From the sequence record SRR33789315_29: a DNA stretch of 64,000 bases; one strand, written 5' to 3'. Shown here in pieces: positions 18,203 through 28,730 of this stretch. The notes beneath the pieces were generated by a model. It did no database searches. It saw nothing but the letters and a program-made list of their open reading frames with translations, and was not told where the DNA came from. Made by a program: the position numbers and the translations under genes. The number at the start of each line of letters is the position of its first letter. The stretch's first letter is position 1.

Positions 18203-20648
18203 TGCCGTCTCCTCCAACTGCTGCTCTCTTCCACTGGCCCTTTTCATATAAGGCAATCTCTTGCTTTTCTGAGTCCCAAGCAAAGAGATACAGCCAGCCG
18301 TTGTCCAGAAGTTGCTTTACCGCTAAGTGGGCATTGACGATACGCTCGATCGCCACGCGTGGAGCAACAATATAAACGCTGAGGCGCAGGGGTTGATGAC
18401 GCCAAGCTTCGCCATCATGGACAGACTGTATAGGCAGTCCTACGCGAAGATCTCCACCGTTCCCTTCAAACACACCGATATGTTCACCCACTACATTGTG
18501 CAGCATTTTATTGCCACTTCCGTATTTCGTCGTATCGACAACCGAGGCGTAGTACTGCAGATTAATCCAATTCGTCACGATCATTGGCGCGGTCATAATT
18601 AGCTCAAGCGTTTTGAATCCTTCGTCGCTCTCCCACACATAATCGTGTAGAAAACTGCGCCCCTCTAGATCGAGATTTCGCGTTAGCCTACGTGGAGCGA
18701 CTATGAAGGAAGCGTTATTTGCCAACCCCCATTCTGGCCTAAGTTGTGCCCAATCTTGACCACGCATCGCAAACAGCTTTGCCATCCGAGAGGGCTTCTC
18801 CAGCGCACTAATGCCAAGACTCTCTGCACGAGATTGCTGCGCCTGCTTCTGCGCATCCTTTAGCCATTGCGATATCTGGACATTTTCAACTGCGCTATAA
18901 CATACAATCTCATCGGTGCATGTGTTATGCAGCGCCGGCACAAATCGAGTCGACTCGGGTATCTTGATATCGTTGTTCACTAAACGCTGTCGAATTGTCT
19001 TATCGTTAAGTAATTGCGCTAGTACGCGCACGTTCACTTCTCCGCTTTGTCCTCCACACGCACCACATTCGAGACTGGCCGCATGGGGGTTATTGGAGGT
19101 ATCACTACCGTGCCCGATTAATATTACATAGTTAGCAAACCCGCTGGTTAAACCAAGGGCTTTCAATATTCCCATTGCCAGGTTTGTCTGAACATCCAGA
19201 TCGAGAGGTTGCCCTGCGCTGTGCAATACCCAAGCGCTATCACCTTGCACCGTTGCGTTAGGGTTAAATGCTTTGCCGCGTAAAAAACTGTTCTTCAGAA
19301 GCTCAAACGCTTTTAGCAAACCACCCGCCTCGACTAACCCAAAGGACGCAGGAGCGGTGCCTATTGCATCTTGGTCTGCCACCTCGCGCTGGAACCCTGT
19401 GTGACGATCAATCATCGTGGGCGTTACCAATGCTTGGGAAACTTTGATCGCAGGATTCAGCAATCCTGGTAGTTGCGGCCTAGCCTCTTTCGTAAAACTA
19501 TCGCTGTATTCAATTGGTAGGCCAAAGAAACCGGCAAAACCTAGCGTTTGAATAGCACCATCTTGAGCCTCCAGTGCTCGCCGCATCGGCTCTGAACGCA
19601 CATCGATACAAAACGCAGCCTGCACAAAAGGGCTCGTTTGTACTGCAGCCTTGGCATTAACTAGTTGCTCGTTGAGAGGCACTTGATACGCAAATTCAAG
19701 TGCTCGTTGCCACACCCAAAGCATTTTCTGCTCGCTGTGAGTGTCGGCATATTCGTTCTCTAACTTTTCGAACTGATTGAGAAATTGCGGCTTTATGAGC
19801 GCGAGAGTTTCCGGTGCACTCTTTTGCATATGTCGGTGCAGCAACAGCTCCCATGCCAATCGTACTGCCAATAATTGCTCAATCAAGTCATTGTCTTTAT
19901 TCTGCAAGCCATCTTGCCAAGCGTGGTAAGCGAGCCAAGAGGCCCAACCATTGATATCCAGAAGCAGCGAGAGAGCGTAGTCTGAGAAGCCTTCACGAGG
20001 GGGCTGGTCACCCAGTACTTCCTCATGAAACGCAGCAAAAACACCTGATACCGTCGTCGGTAATACGTCGAGTTGCTTATTGATATCCCGTGCACCCATC
20101 ACAATGCCGATGCCTTTATCGAGACTTACAATCTCACGCCAAGCCTTGAAAAATGAGTGCTCTTTGCTTGCGTTGTCACTCACTCTTTCGGGATATTGAA
20201 AGTATGCACCACAGAACTGGCTAATTTGTTGTTGTACTTCGGCATGCCATGCCATCTTGCTGCGCTGCGCTGGCATGGCATCCAGAAAGTCCATGAAACT
20301 CATCCAAACAGTAGTTGGTGCTGACAGCTCTAGCGCCTCAAGAAGCTGCGCATGTGAGGCGTCTATCTGCATGGCGACCTTGGCCATTTCCAGATGTGAC
20401 TCGGTAATCAAATTTCCCCAATGGGCTTTGTAATAAGCGGCGGGCATTAGGCAATTGATATTACCTAAGACCTTCAGTTTAGTAGCGACCTTTGAGAATT
20501 CTTGACCGCGCATTTCCCACCAAGGATTTACTGCAATCGAACGGTCCAAGGGCCAGCTCGGAGCAAGTTGTTTGCACGCTTCCCGCATACATTCTTGTAG
20601 TGTTGGCAGATTATCAATGTTAGCAGTTGGACTAGGCATTACCATCAC
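18195..20648 (-). CDS. dabA: DabA (DUF2309/UPF0753) inorganic carbon transporter, beta-carbonic-anhydrase-like subunit
   Basis: APSWPLD..IAVNP, Zn ligands [43 protein letters not shown]. Confidence 0.93.
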   Translation of the reverse strand: MMVMPSPTANIDNLPTLQECMREACKQLAPSWPLDRSIAVNPWWEMRGQEFSKVATKLKVLGNINCLMPAAYYKAHWGNLITESHLEMAKVAMQIDASHAQLLEALELSAPTTVWMSFMDFLDAMPAQRSKMAWHAEVQQQISQFCGAYFQYPERVSDNASKEHSFFKAWREIVSLDKGIGIVMGARDINKQLDVLPTTVSGVFAAFHEEVLGDQPPREGFSDYALSLLLDINGWASWLAYHAWQDGLQNKDNDLIEQLLAVRLAWELLLHRHMQKSAPETLALIKPQFLNQFEKLENEYADTHSEQKMLWVWQRALEFAYQVPLNEQLVNAKAAVQTSPFVQAAFCIDVRSEPMRRALEAQDGAIQTLGFAGFFGLPIEYSDSFTKEARPQLPGLLNPAIKVSQALVTPTMIDRHTGFQREVADQDAIGTAPASFGLVEAGGLLKAFELLKNSFLRGKAFNPNATVQGDSAWVLHSAGQPLDLDVQTNLAMGILKALGLTSGFANYVILIGHGSDTSNNPHAASLECGACGGQSGEVNVRVLAQLLNDKTIRQRLVNNDIKIPESTRFVPALHNTCTDEIVCYSAVENVQISQWLKDAQKQAQQSRAESLGISALEKPSRMAKLFAMRGQDWAQLRPEWGLANNASFIVAPRRLTRNLDLEGRSFLHDYVWESDEGFKTLELIMTAPMIVTNWINLQYYASVVDTTKYGSGNKMLHNVVGEHIGVFEGNGGDLRVGLPIQSVHDGEAWRHQPLRLSVYIVAPRVAIERIVNAHLAVKQLLDNGWLYLFAWDSEKQEIALYEKGQWKRAAVGGDGNE

Positions 20649-22183
20649 ACAACTCCTTGAGCGTGGTTAGTTTCAATGTCTCTTATACGTGGCAATTCGA
20701 TTGGCCAAATCTTTAGAGTAGCCCGAGTCAACCACTCGTCTAGATAGAACCCGGCATTAAGCGCAATGAACATTTTGTGACTCCAGGCACTTTGCACCCG
20801 ATACTGCAGAACAAGATAGGTGGCACAAAGCACTGTAAACAACAAACTTACCCACAAATCTTCCAAGCTACTATATTGATGTAAGTGCACGGGAATCACA
20901 GGTGCTAAGAGTATTTTCATGAGCCAGTAGATGCTTAGTAGTAAGATTCCTCCAATAACTGTGCGAGGCACATCGCGAACCCCACGCACCGTTAGCTGCT
21001 GCGCTAGGAATACACTGAGGGCTGCCCAAAGCATTAACCAAGGGCTCAATGGCAGCGCGGCCGAAGCGCTGAAGTAGACAAGCAAACCTATGCTAGAGAG
21101 GGCAATCGCGGCACTAAGCATCCACGCTCGCAGCGTAGGCAATCTTCGTTGCACATGTTTGCTGCGTAGATAGTCAGCCACCGCATTTCCCGAGTTCAAG
21201 AAGGCAAAGGCTTTGTAACAGGCGTGCGCCAACATGTGCAGCAGGGCTAGCTCGTATAAGCCTAACGCGCATTCAACGAGCATAAGTCCCATTTGCGCAT
21301 TTGTAGACCACGCAAGACGCACCTTTATACTGATGCGGGTCATCATCACCAGTGCCGCAGTGAGCATCGAGAGACCTGCAACTAAAAGCACTAGTACCTG
21401 CGCAATGAAAGACTGACTAAATAAGGGGGCAAACACTATCAGTAAGAAGCCTCCGAGATTGATCACACCTGCATGGAGCAGCGCTGAGACTGGAGTTGGG
21501 GACTCGACCACTTGTATCAGCCATCCATGCACAGGCAGTTGCGCACATTTGATCAAGGCGACTAAGGCAATTAGTACTGCGGCTGCTTGTTCAACTCCAT
21601 TTAAAGTGTGAACCGGGTAGTGAGACAGAATCACATCGATATCCACACTACCGTGTTCGCGCCACAACAACAGGAAAGCAATGCCTAGCAAAGTCTCCGC
21701 TATACGGGCTAATAGGAATTTCTTGTGGGCAGCCAAGGCAGCGCGTGGCCGTGAGGGGTAGAACATTAACAGTTGATGGAAGCTCAAACTGATGCAAATC
21801 CAGGCGAGCCAGAAAATCAACAAATTCTGGCTGGCGACTACGCACATCACGGCGAACACAGTGCATAAAAACCAGCGCAGGAAACGCTCACCGCTAACAT
21901 CCTTGTCGAAGTTGCTAGCGGCATACCTTATCACTACCCAGGATATGAAGCTGATCAGCAGAAGCACTATGCTCACAAGTGCGTTGGAGTGGAACCATCC
22001 GACACTTGTGGGTGAAACGCCAAAGATTACTAACGATATGCAACTACTAAGAGTTAGGACAACTGCAGCCCCCATAAGGGTTTTTGCAGCCGCCCAACGC
22101 CAAGCAAACGGAGATGTCGCCAATCCGAGCAGGGGAAGAACAAGCACTAACAATACAAGTGTAGAAATTCCATTTAGTAGCAT
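20645..22183 (-). CDS. dabB: DabB, NuoL/ND5-like membrane subunit of the DAB carbon pump
   Basis: KCAQLPVHGWL..VESPTPVSALLHAGVIN, QMGLMLVECALG, AHACYKA; 4-nt overlap with dabA. Confidence 0.9.
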   Translation of the reverse strand: MLLNGISTLVLLVLVLPLLGLATSPFAWRWAAAKTLMGAAVVLTLSSCISLVIFGVSPTSVGWFHSNALVSIVLLLISFISWVVIRYAASNFDKDVSGERFLRWFLCTVFAVMCVVASQNLLIFWLAWICISLSFHQLLMFYPSRPRAALAAHKKFLLARIAETLLGIAFLLLWREHGSVDIDVILSHYPVHTLNGVEQAAAVLIALVALIKCAQLPVHGWLIQVVESPTPVSALLHAGVINLGGFLLIVFAPLFSQSFIAQVLVLLVAGLSMLTAALVMMTRISIKVRLAWSTNAQMGLMLVECALGLYELALLHMLAHACYKAFAFLNSGNAVADYLRSKHVQRRLPTLRAWMLSAAIALSSIGLLVYFSASAALPLSPWLMLWAALSVFLAQQLTVRGVRDVPRTVIGGILLLSIYWLMKILLAPVIPVHLHQYSSLEDLWVSLLFTVLCATYLVLQYRVQSAWSHKMFIALNAGFYLDEWLTRATLKIWPIELPRIRDIETNHAQGVV

Positions 22184-22263
22184 TTTTACGCACCATTTGT
22201 TGAAGTGAGGCGATTCTCCGGCATACAATACATTCTGTAAAATATATATTAATTTAGTAACCA

Positions 22264-22278
22264 TTCTTTAAAACAGAA
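22264..22278. promoter_or_regulatory. LysR-type T-N11-A palindrome TTCT-N7-AGAA in the dabB/lysR divergent spacer
   Basis: TTCTTTAAAACAGAA immediately before the lysR ATG. Confidence 0.5.
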
Positions 22279-22280
22279 CA

Positions 22281-23192
22281 ATGAGCCGACTCAACTACCA
22301 TCATCTTTACTATTTCTGGCGCGTCGCGAAGCAGGGCAATCTCACCCAATGCGCGACTGAACTTCATGTCTCCCAGTCCGCCCTATCCTCGCAAATCAAA
22401 CAACTGGAACAGAGTATGGATGTGGCCTTGTTCGCACGCGAAGGTCGCAAACTTGTGTTAACTGAATCCGGGCGTAAAGCCTATAGTTATGCCGACGAGA
22501 TATTTAAGAAAGGGGATGAGCTGCAGTCCTATCTCGCGACCGGTGTGCAGCAAGCCGGTGCCGTACTTCGCATCGGCATGCTGGCTACAATGTCGCGTAA
22601 CTTTATTGAAAGCCTGATTCAGCCTTTAGTCGGGCGCCCCCACGTGAAATATAGCCTTGAGGCTCGGGAGCAAGGCAATCTCTTGGCAGCACTGGGAAAT
22701 CATCAACTCGATCTGGCGCTCACTAATATCGCCGTAGTGGGAGATGACAAACAATTGTGGCAATGCCAATTGCTCGCCCGCCAACCTATCGCAATTGTCG
22801 GGCCTCCAGGATTAAAACTAGGGGAGCGTTTCAGTGCCGCCTACAAAAAACAGCGCTGGGTGTTGCCCGTTCATGACAGTCCGATACGGTCGGCGTTTGA
22901 TGGCTTTTGCGCCCGTCATCATTTCACCCCTGATGTCATTGCCGAGGCTAACGATATGGCAATGTTGCGACTACTGGCGCGAGATTCAGGCGCTATCTCT
23001 GTCTTGCCGCAGGTCGTGGTGAAGGATGAGCTGGACAATGGCAAGCTGATCAACTACTTGACCCTAGAGAATGTGTTTGAGAACTTCTATGCCGTCACCA
23101 TCGCTCGGCAATTTCCCAATGATCTGGTCAATGAACTTCTCCACCTATCACGAACGCAGCAGGAGTTCAGTGAATCGGGAGTAACTTCCTAG
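22281..23192 (+). CDS. LysR-family regulator, NhaR-like, divergent from dabBA
   Basis: LNYHHLYYFWRVAKQGNLT..A..LHVSQSALS; DMAMLRLLARDS. Confidence 0.93.
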   Translation: MSRLNYHHLYYFWRVAKQGNLTQCATELHVSQSALSSQIKQLEQSMDVALFAREGRKLVLTESGRKAYSYADEIFKKGDELQSYLATGVQQAGAVLRIGMLATMSRNFIESLIQPLVGRPHVKYSLEAREQGNLLAALGNHQLDLALTNIAVVGDDKQLWQCQLLARQPIAIVGPPGLKLGERFSAAYKKQRWVLPVHDSPIRSAFDGFCARHHFTPDVIAEANDMAMLRLLARDSGAISVLPQVVVKDELDNGKLINYLTLENVFENFYAVTIARQFPNDLVNELLHLSRTQQEFSESGVTS

Positions 23193-23281
23193 CATTGCCT
23201 TCTCTGCCGGCTCCGCAAATTTCTTACAATTGCCCATTTTTTAAGTCTTTACAGCTAGGGGACTAGACGCCTTTCTAAACT

Positions 23282-24448
23282 TCAATAGAAATTCAAAAAC
23301 AAGTCCGCCATCCTCTTCACTCGCCCCCAGAACCAAATCTTAAGCCGATAAAACAAGGGCAGTTGTCGCCATCCTTGAGGGGTCAGTTGGGTGCTTTCAG
23401 TGAAGTCTCTCTCGAAGCACTGCTGCATGACTTTGGCCAGTGTGGGATCTAATGAGTTTTGATTAGCCTCTAGATTCCAATGCAGAGTCCAGTGATCGAA
23501 ATTGCATGAACCCAGCGAGCCCCATTGGTCGATCAGCACCGATTTCAGATGCGAGAAGCGTGGCTGGTATTCGAAGATTTTTACGCCAGCACGCAGTAGT
23601 TTGGCGTAGTAAATTTGTCCCGCATAACGCACTCCCGGCAAGTCGGTGAAATTGCCACAAACCTGCAAACGTACATCAATGCCTCGCTGGGCGGCGTGGG
23701 TCAGTGCAATTCTAAGCACGCGCGGTGGAACAAAATAAGGGGTAGAGAACCAGACGCGAGTTTGCGCGTGGCGGATGCGGGTTATCAATGGCAACAGCAA
23801 ATCTCGGTTATTACGTGACGCACTGAACGCGACTCGACCTAGACCGGAGGCCGCCTCCCGCAGGGGCAATGTGGAGTGTTTTCGTTTTGATAAGCCGAGC
23901 ATTTTGCGTTTCGGTTTGTCGGCTTGCTGCCAAATTTGTTCGAATAGACTTTGCCAGTCGGCAAGGATTCCGCCTTTCACTACTAGCATCTGCTCATGCC
24001 AAGGCGTTTGTTCGTTGTCACTGGCTATACAGAACTCATCCGTGAAGCCAAAGCCCCCAATGCAGGCGATTTGATGATCGAATATCAGCACTTTTCGATG
24101 GTCGCGGTGTAGGTTGCGCGCGCCCTTGTACCATGCGATGGGATTGTAAAATTGCAAACTCACTCCGGCCTCCCGCAGTGCCTCTCGCTCCCTGACGATA
24201 AAGTCGCTACTTCCGCTGGCGTCAAACAGACAACGCACAACAACGCCTCGGGCGACGGCGGCACTTAGGGCTGCCACAAGTTGCTGGGTAGCCTGCCCTG
24301 ATGCCACCAGATAGACCTCGATGTCGATGCAGCGCTGTGCCTCCCCAATGTATTGCAAAATACGCGGAAAGAATTCAGTCCCGTCGATTAAGAGCTCGAA
24401 TTGGCAATCTTGATGCCAATCAAGTTGAGTTTTGAGGTTTGCGCGCAT
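23282..24448 (-). CDS. Phospholipase D family, cardiolipin synthase B-like
   Basis: Two HKD motifs (HRKVLIFD, HLKSVLID), GSCNFD, TPYFVP; exact start uncertain. Confidence 0.88.
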   Translation of the reverse strand: MRANLKTQLDWHQDCQFELLIDGTEFFPRILQYIGEAQRCIDIEVYLVASGQATQQLVAALSAAVARGVVVRCLFDASGSSDFIVREREALREAGVSLQFYNPIAWYKGARNLHRDHRKVLIFDHQIACIGGFGFTDEFCIASDNEQTPWHEQMLVVKGGILADWQSLFEQIWQQADKPKRKMLGLSKRKHSTLPLREAASGLGRVAFSASRNNRDLLLPLITRIRHAQTRVWFSTPYFVPPRVLRIALTHAAQRGIDVRLQVCGNFTDLPGVRYAGQIYYAKLLRAGVKIFEYQPRFSHLKSVLIDQWGSLGSCNFDHWTLHWNLEANQNSLDPTLAKVMQQCFERDFTESTQLTPQGWRQLPLFYRLKIWFWGRVKRMADLFLNFY

Positions 24449-24591
24449 ATCCGTATGACCCATTGTCATCGCCCTAAGGCAAAATCTTTGAACATCATGT
24501 ATCAAGATGCCTGTGAAATAGACAATCCCATCGCCATTTGGTGCAAACGATGGTAAAGCTACTACGCTCACTTTACTCGATCGAGTGTAAA

Positions 24592-24650
24592 GCAGTGCCG
24601 TTTACTAAAGTTTATACTGGGATTCTGGTAGCTGAAGAGTTAACTTGTCA
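24592..24650 (-). repeat. Degenerate copy of dispersed TGACAAGTTAACTCT element
   Basis: Reverse complement TGACAAGTTAACTCT...GAAT...GTATAA...CGGCACTGC aligns with 3981-4042. Confidence 0.55.
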
Positions 24651-24748
24651 GTCCTGTTTCTCGCCATAGATTGGACCGCAATGACATCAGATTTTTATAC
24701 TAATTCCGCTTGTGATTCAGCCGCTCCATTTTCCGGAGATTTTGTCTA

Positions 24749-25465
24749 ATGAGCAATGAACAGAGTGCCGTGCCAAGTAAGCAAAAACTGGCAATCTTCT
24801 CCTTTGTTTTGCTATTACTGGTTGCACTTATCTGGTATGTGAACAATTATCTCTCTCTCGAGGAATTGGCGCTTCAGGAGGATCGCCTTCGTTTAGCAAT
24901 TGCACAGAATCCAGTGCAGTCTTTTCTAATTGGTTTTCTGGTTTACACTTTACTTGCGCTAGTCCCTGGTACCGGAGGCAAGGCGATCATCTACAGTTGG
25001 CTGTTTGGTTTTTGGCAGGCGATGCTTATAGTGACCGTTGGTCTTAGTATTGCAGCGATGCTGATTTTTATGCTGAGTCGTTACTTATTTCAAGCCGCCA
25101 TCGAGCGTCGCTACACCGGCTTCGTCAAAACAATGAACACACACATAGAAAAAGAAGGCGCTTTTTACCTACTGACACTGCGTATGATGCACGCCCCTTT
25201 CTCAATCGTAAATCCGATCAGCGGAGCGAGTCGGGTGCGAAGTTGGACTTTTTTCTGGACTACTTTTGTTGGGCTCATTCCCGCAAATGCGATCTGGGCT
25301 TATGTTGGCCTGCGCCTTCCCTCGCTGCGCGAATTAGCAACCAATGGATCGAGCGCCTTTATTGACCTACCCCTTATCTTGGCATTAGTTGCCTGTGGGG
25401 CGTTTCCTATTCTTGTACGCTGGTTGTTAAAATTTTTTGACTTTCGAGCAAACAGAATCACATAA
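24749..25465 (+). CDS. TVP38/TMEM64 (VTT/DedA) family membrane protein
   Basis: VPGTG..I..WLFG, SRYLF, LLTLRMM..PFSIVN motifs. Confidence 0.85.
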   Translation: MSNEQSAVPSKQKLAIFSFVLLLLVALIWYVNNYLSLEELALQEDRLRLAIAQNPVQSFLIGFLVYTLLALVPGTGGKAIIYSWLFGFWQAMLIVTVGLSIAAMLIFMLSRYLFQAAIERRYTGFVKTMNTHIEKEGAFYLLTLRMMHAPFSIVNPISGASRVRSWTFFWTTFVGLIPANAIWAYVGLRLPSLRELATNGSSAFIDLPLILALVACGAFPILVRWLLKFFDFRANRIT

Positions 25466-25537
25466 GGATCCAGTTACTCCAAAATTAGAGTCAGGCTGCG
25501 AGGAAAGTCTTCAGAGAGGAGCTGTTGCCGACACCGA

Positions 25538-26338
25538 TTAAAGACTTGCATCGGGGATGGAGTCAACGTTTTTAATTATTTGGCGTTGCGGTAAATAGGA
25601 AAGCAACAAATCAGTTTCTTTTTTAACTACTTCGTAGCACTCGCAACTCAGCTTTTCGAGTTTGGTCCGATCTAGCACTTTGACCAATCCACGTGCGTAT
25701 GAAATAACACCGAGTCTTTGTAATTTCGCTGCCGCATCTGTCACGCTTTCGCGGCGCACGCCGAGCATATTACTGATGAACTCCTGCGTCATCGTCAAAT
25801 GATTGCCTGACAGACGATCCATGGAAAGCAAAAGCCAGCGGCAGATCTGTTGATCAATTGTATGATGACGATTGCAAACTGCGGTTTGCGAAACCTGTGT
25901 TATTAGAGCCTGCGTATAGCGCAGCATCAACATCAGAAGCTGGCCGTGACGGTTAAACTCTTCTTTCACTCGCCGTTGCGGAAGTCGAAATGCGTATCCC
26001 GCACTTTGCACCATCGACCTGCTAGGCGTGCTTTCGCCGCCAAGAAATAATGTTATGCCCAACAAGCCTTCGTTACCCACTACCGAGATTGCTGTTGATG
26101 CTCCATTCTCCATCATGTACTGCAGCGATACTATGGAGTCTGTGGGAAAGTACACATGGCGCATAGGGCGCTTGGATTCATACAAGAGCGCGCGCAAAGG
26201 CAGTGGCACTAATTCTAGATACGGAAACAAACGCTCTTGAACGTCCGGAGACAACGCTGCGAGCAGGTGATTCTGTTGTGGATGGGGCTGGGAAGGCATG
26301 ACGGCACACTCGGAACTAAGAGCTGAAGAGCTTAGCAT
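25538..26338 (-). CDS. Crp/Fnr family transcriptional regulator
   Basis: QNHLLAAL, VYFPTDSIVSL, VGNEG, QTAVCNRHH, HTH MTQEFISNMLGVRRESVT, CECY; start may be 26299. Confidence 0.92.
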   Translation of the reverse strand: MLSSSALSSECAVMPSQPHPQQNHLLAALSPDVQERLFPYLELVPLPLRALLYESKRPMRHVYFPTDSIVSLQYMMENGASTAISVVGNEGLLGITLFLGGESTPSRSMVQSAGYAFRLPQRRVKEEFNRHGQLLMLMLRYTQALITQVSQTAVCNRHHTIDQQICRWLLLSMDRLSGNHLTMTQEFISNMLGVRRESVTDAAAKLQRLGVISYARGLVKVLDRTKLEKLSCECYEVVKKETDLLLSYLPQRQIIKNVDSIPDASL

Positions 26339-26454
26339 TTAAACCTACTGATAAGTGAAACCATTCTCGACTTGCTAACCCACTCGAGTTGGATACGATT
26401 CCAAACCCACGTCCTCAGATTAAGTGGGAGAGCAATGGCTCTGACGCCAATCTG

Positions 26455-27156
26455 TTATCGAGGCCCAGAAGGTGGGCGCTGACGCACAGCTGGCAAGTTA
26501 CCTATGATGCCGTCGGGTCTTGCTTTAGCGAGCATACGACGGTACGCCGGCCTCGCCTCAATTTTCCCCTTCCAGGCCGCGACGTTCGGAAACAACTCCT
26601 TATCAACTAGGCCAATGTTCGTTGCAACGTTTAGGGGGAACATCATCATAATGTCTGCCGCTGTGAATTCCGCCCCTCCAAACCAGGCGTTTTTGGTAAG
26701 AAAATCTTCGGAGAATTGCACAACCCCCTCACTATCTACAAGCGGCGATCGCTTCTCTGGGGGTTGGATGTTCCACACTCTGTAGTCGCTGAAGAGTCTG
26801 GCCGCAAGCGAGCCTTCTGCGTAATGCATCCACATTAAGTGCGCCGGGTAGTCTGGGCTCTCAAGAGCCGGCTGAAGTTTGTGTGACGCATGACGATTGA
26901 GTATTAATTCAATGATAGCACCCGACTCAACTAACACTTGCTCTCCGTAGGCAACGGAGGGCGCGAACGGCATGCCATGTCCTAGACCATGAATTGCCGC
27001 CATCGACAGTGCCAAATTACCTCGGGTAAAAATCAATTCGTATGGAAGCTCGAGCTCTTCCATAAGCCACACAATACGCTCAGATCTGCGCCCTTCTAAG
27101 TGATAGATTTTGATTTCGGGAAGTGGAAGCAATTTGGATTCAAGACCGCCGGACAT
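26455..27156 (-). CDS. Glutathione S-transferase family protein
   Basis: YHLEGRRSERIVWLMEEL, ESGAI, FTAADIMM, RPAY. Confidence 0.9.
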   Translation of the reverse strand: MSGGLESKLLPLPEIKIYHLEGRRSERIVWLMEELELPYELIFTRGNLALSMAAIHGLGHGMPFAPSVAYGEQVLVESGAIIELILNRHASHKLQPALESPDYPAHLMWMHYAEGSLAARLFSDYRVWNIQPPEKRSPLVDSEGVVQFSEDFLTKNAWFGGAEFTAADIMMMFPLNVATNIGLVDKELFPNVAAWKGKIEARPAYRRMLAKARPDGIIGNLPAVRQRPPSGPR

Positions 27157-27208
27157 ACATCTCTCCTTTGAGATAGGCCAGTTTTTATAGTGTTAGCTTG
27201 GCCCCGTT

Positions 27209-28730
27209 TTACTCCTTTTTCCTTCGAAGTACTAGCAACGTCCCGACCTGCAACGCCAGCAACACAGGCAGTGTCCACGCGGCTCCCGTGAAGCCTGCGG
27301 CGATATAGCCCACGACACACAGTGCACCATTGCTTAGAGAGTAAGGCAGTTGAGTCTGAAAATGCTCGAAGGCATCACATCCAGCACCGGTGGACGAAAG
27401 AATAGTGGTTTCTGAGATAGGGGAGCAGTGGTCACCGAACAAACCACCTGAGAGCACAGCGCCGATGCAGACATACAGTGGCGCGCCGATAGCGACGGTG
27501 GCAGGAAGGGCCAGCGGCAGCATGATGGCGAAGGTGCCCCAAGACGAGCCGGTCGCGAATGAGATACTGCAAGACACCAAGAAGATGATCACCGGCAGCG
27601 CCCAAGGCGCGGCATTCTCGGCAGCCAGTGTGGCCACGTAGACATCTCCACCCAGTGCCGAGGTCATGTCTCCCATGGCCCATGCCAGCAAGAGCATGAC
27701 TGCCACCAGCATCATGCGACTCATGCCCTCGAGATACATCTGCACACTGGCCATGACACGCTGTGCACCGGTAGTGGCCATTAGTATGATGAGCGCTGCT
27801 GCCGCGCTCAGATAGGCCGTGGAGAGTCCGGCGCGGAAGTCGGCGCCACTGATGCGCCCAAAAGGGAAGCCGAGCGGCACCAGTGTCCACAACAACACAA
27901 TGAACAACACCAGCAGTGGCAGCCAGATAAACGAGGCGCGCGCCTTGCCAGATGCACCCTGTTGAGTGTCAGGCATTTCATTCGTGTTTACAGTTTTACT
28001 CGCCGCGGCTTCATCCGAGGTCAGCCCTTCGCGCTCGGCGCGACGCTCTGAACGCGCCATCGGACCGTACTCCACACCGGTCAAAGCGAGTAGCGGCACC
28101 GCAATAAGAGACAGCCATGCATAGAATTGAAACGGCAGCGCTGCAATTAGCGCTTGGAAGTCAGACTGCTCGATGCCCAAGGTGGTGAACTGCTGCTCCA
28201 GAAGACTCATGATGTAGACGCCCCAGCCGATGAACGGGACTAGGATGGCCACTGGCGACGCGGTGGAATCTATTATGTAGGCAAGCTTGGCACGGGAGAC
28301 TCGCAGATGGTCGGCCATGGGGCGAAAGGTAGGGCCGATGATGAGCGGTGTACCGAGATCGGAGAAGAAGATGACGATGCCGCCAAGCCACGCGGACACC
28401 TGAAGGCGCGCCTTGGTCGTGATGTAGTGCGTTACCTTGGCAGCAAACGCCGCACCTCCCCCAGAGCGCTCCATTAGCGCTACAAATCCCCCGATGAAGC
28501 CCAGCAAGCAACACCAGTACGCCAGCGTTGTAGCTGTCAGTAACTTGTGGCACCAGATAATCCCGTACCATCAGACTCATACCACCTAGTAGCCCCGGCC
28601 CCTCTATCATCAGCACACCGGCAAACAACCCGACGAATAGTCCGAAGATTACATTACGCAGGCTAATGGAAATTATGAGGGCGAGCAGTACCGGCACAAG
28701 GCTGAAGATATCCGGAGCAGTGGCTGACAT
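27209..28730 (-). pseudogene. Na+/H+ antiporter NhaC-family transporter split by a 4-bp duplication frameshift
   Basis: The N-terminal frame (MSATAPDIFSLVP...SYNAGVLVLL) and the C-terminal frame (GFIGGFVAL...DSTASP...GSSWGTF...GDHCSPIS) join if one GCAA of GCAAGCAA at 28504-28511 is removed. Confidence 0.85.

Noticed and set aside
20645-22183. Respiratory complex I subunit NuoL or Mrp antiporter
   Set aside because: No other nuo or mrp genes are present, and the overlap with a DUF2309 gene identifies it as DabB.
16457-23192. Evidence of autotrophy or a carboxysome
   Set aside because: No RuBisCO, shell protein or phosphoribulokinase gene in the window, and DAB pumps also occur in heterotrophs.
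26347-26450. Fifth copy of the TGAYAAGTTAAC element or a degenerate REP (ACTGATAAGT, CTCTGACGCC)
   Set aside because: The matches are 10 nt or less and do not extend, which is compatible with chance.
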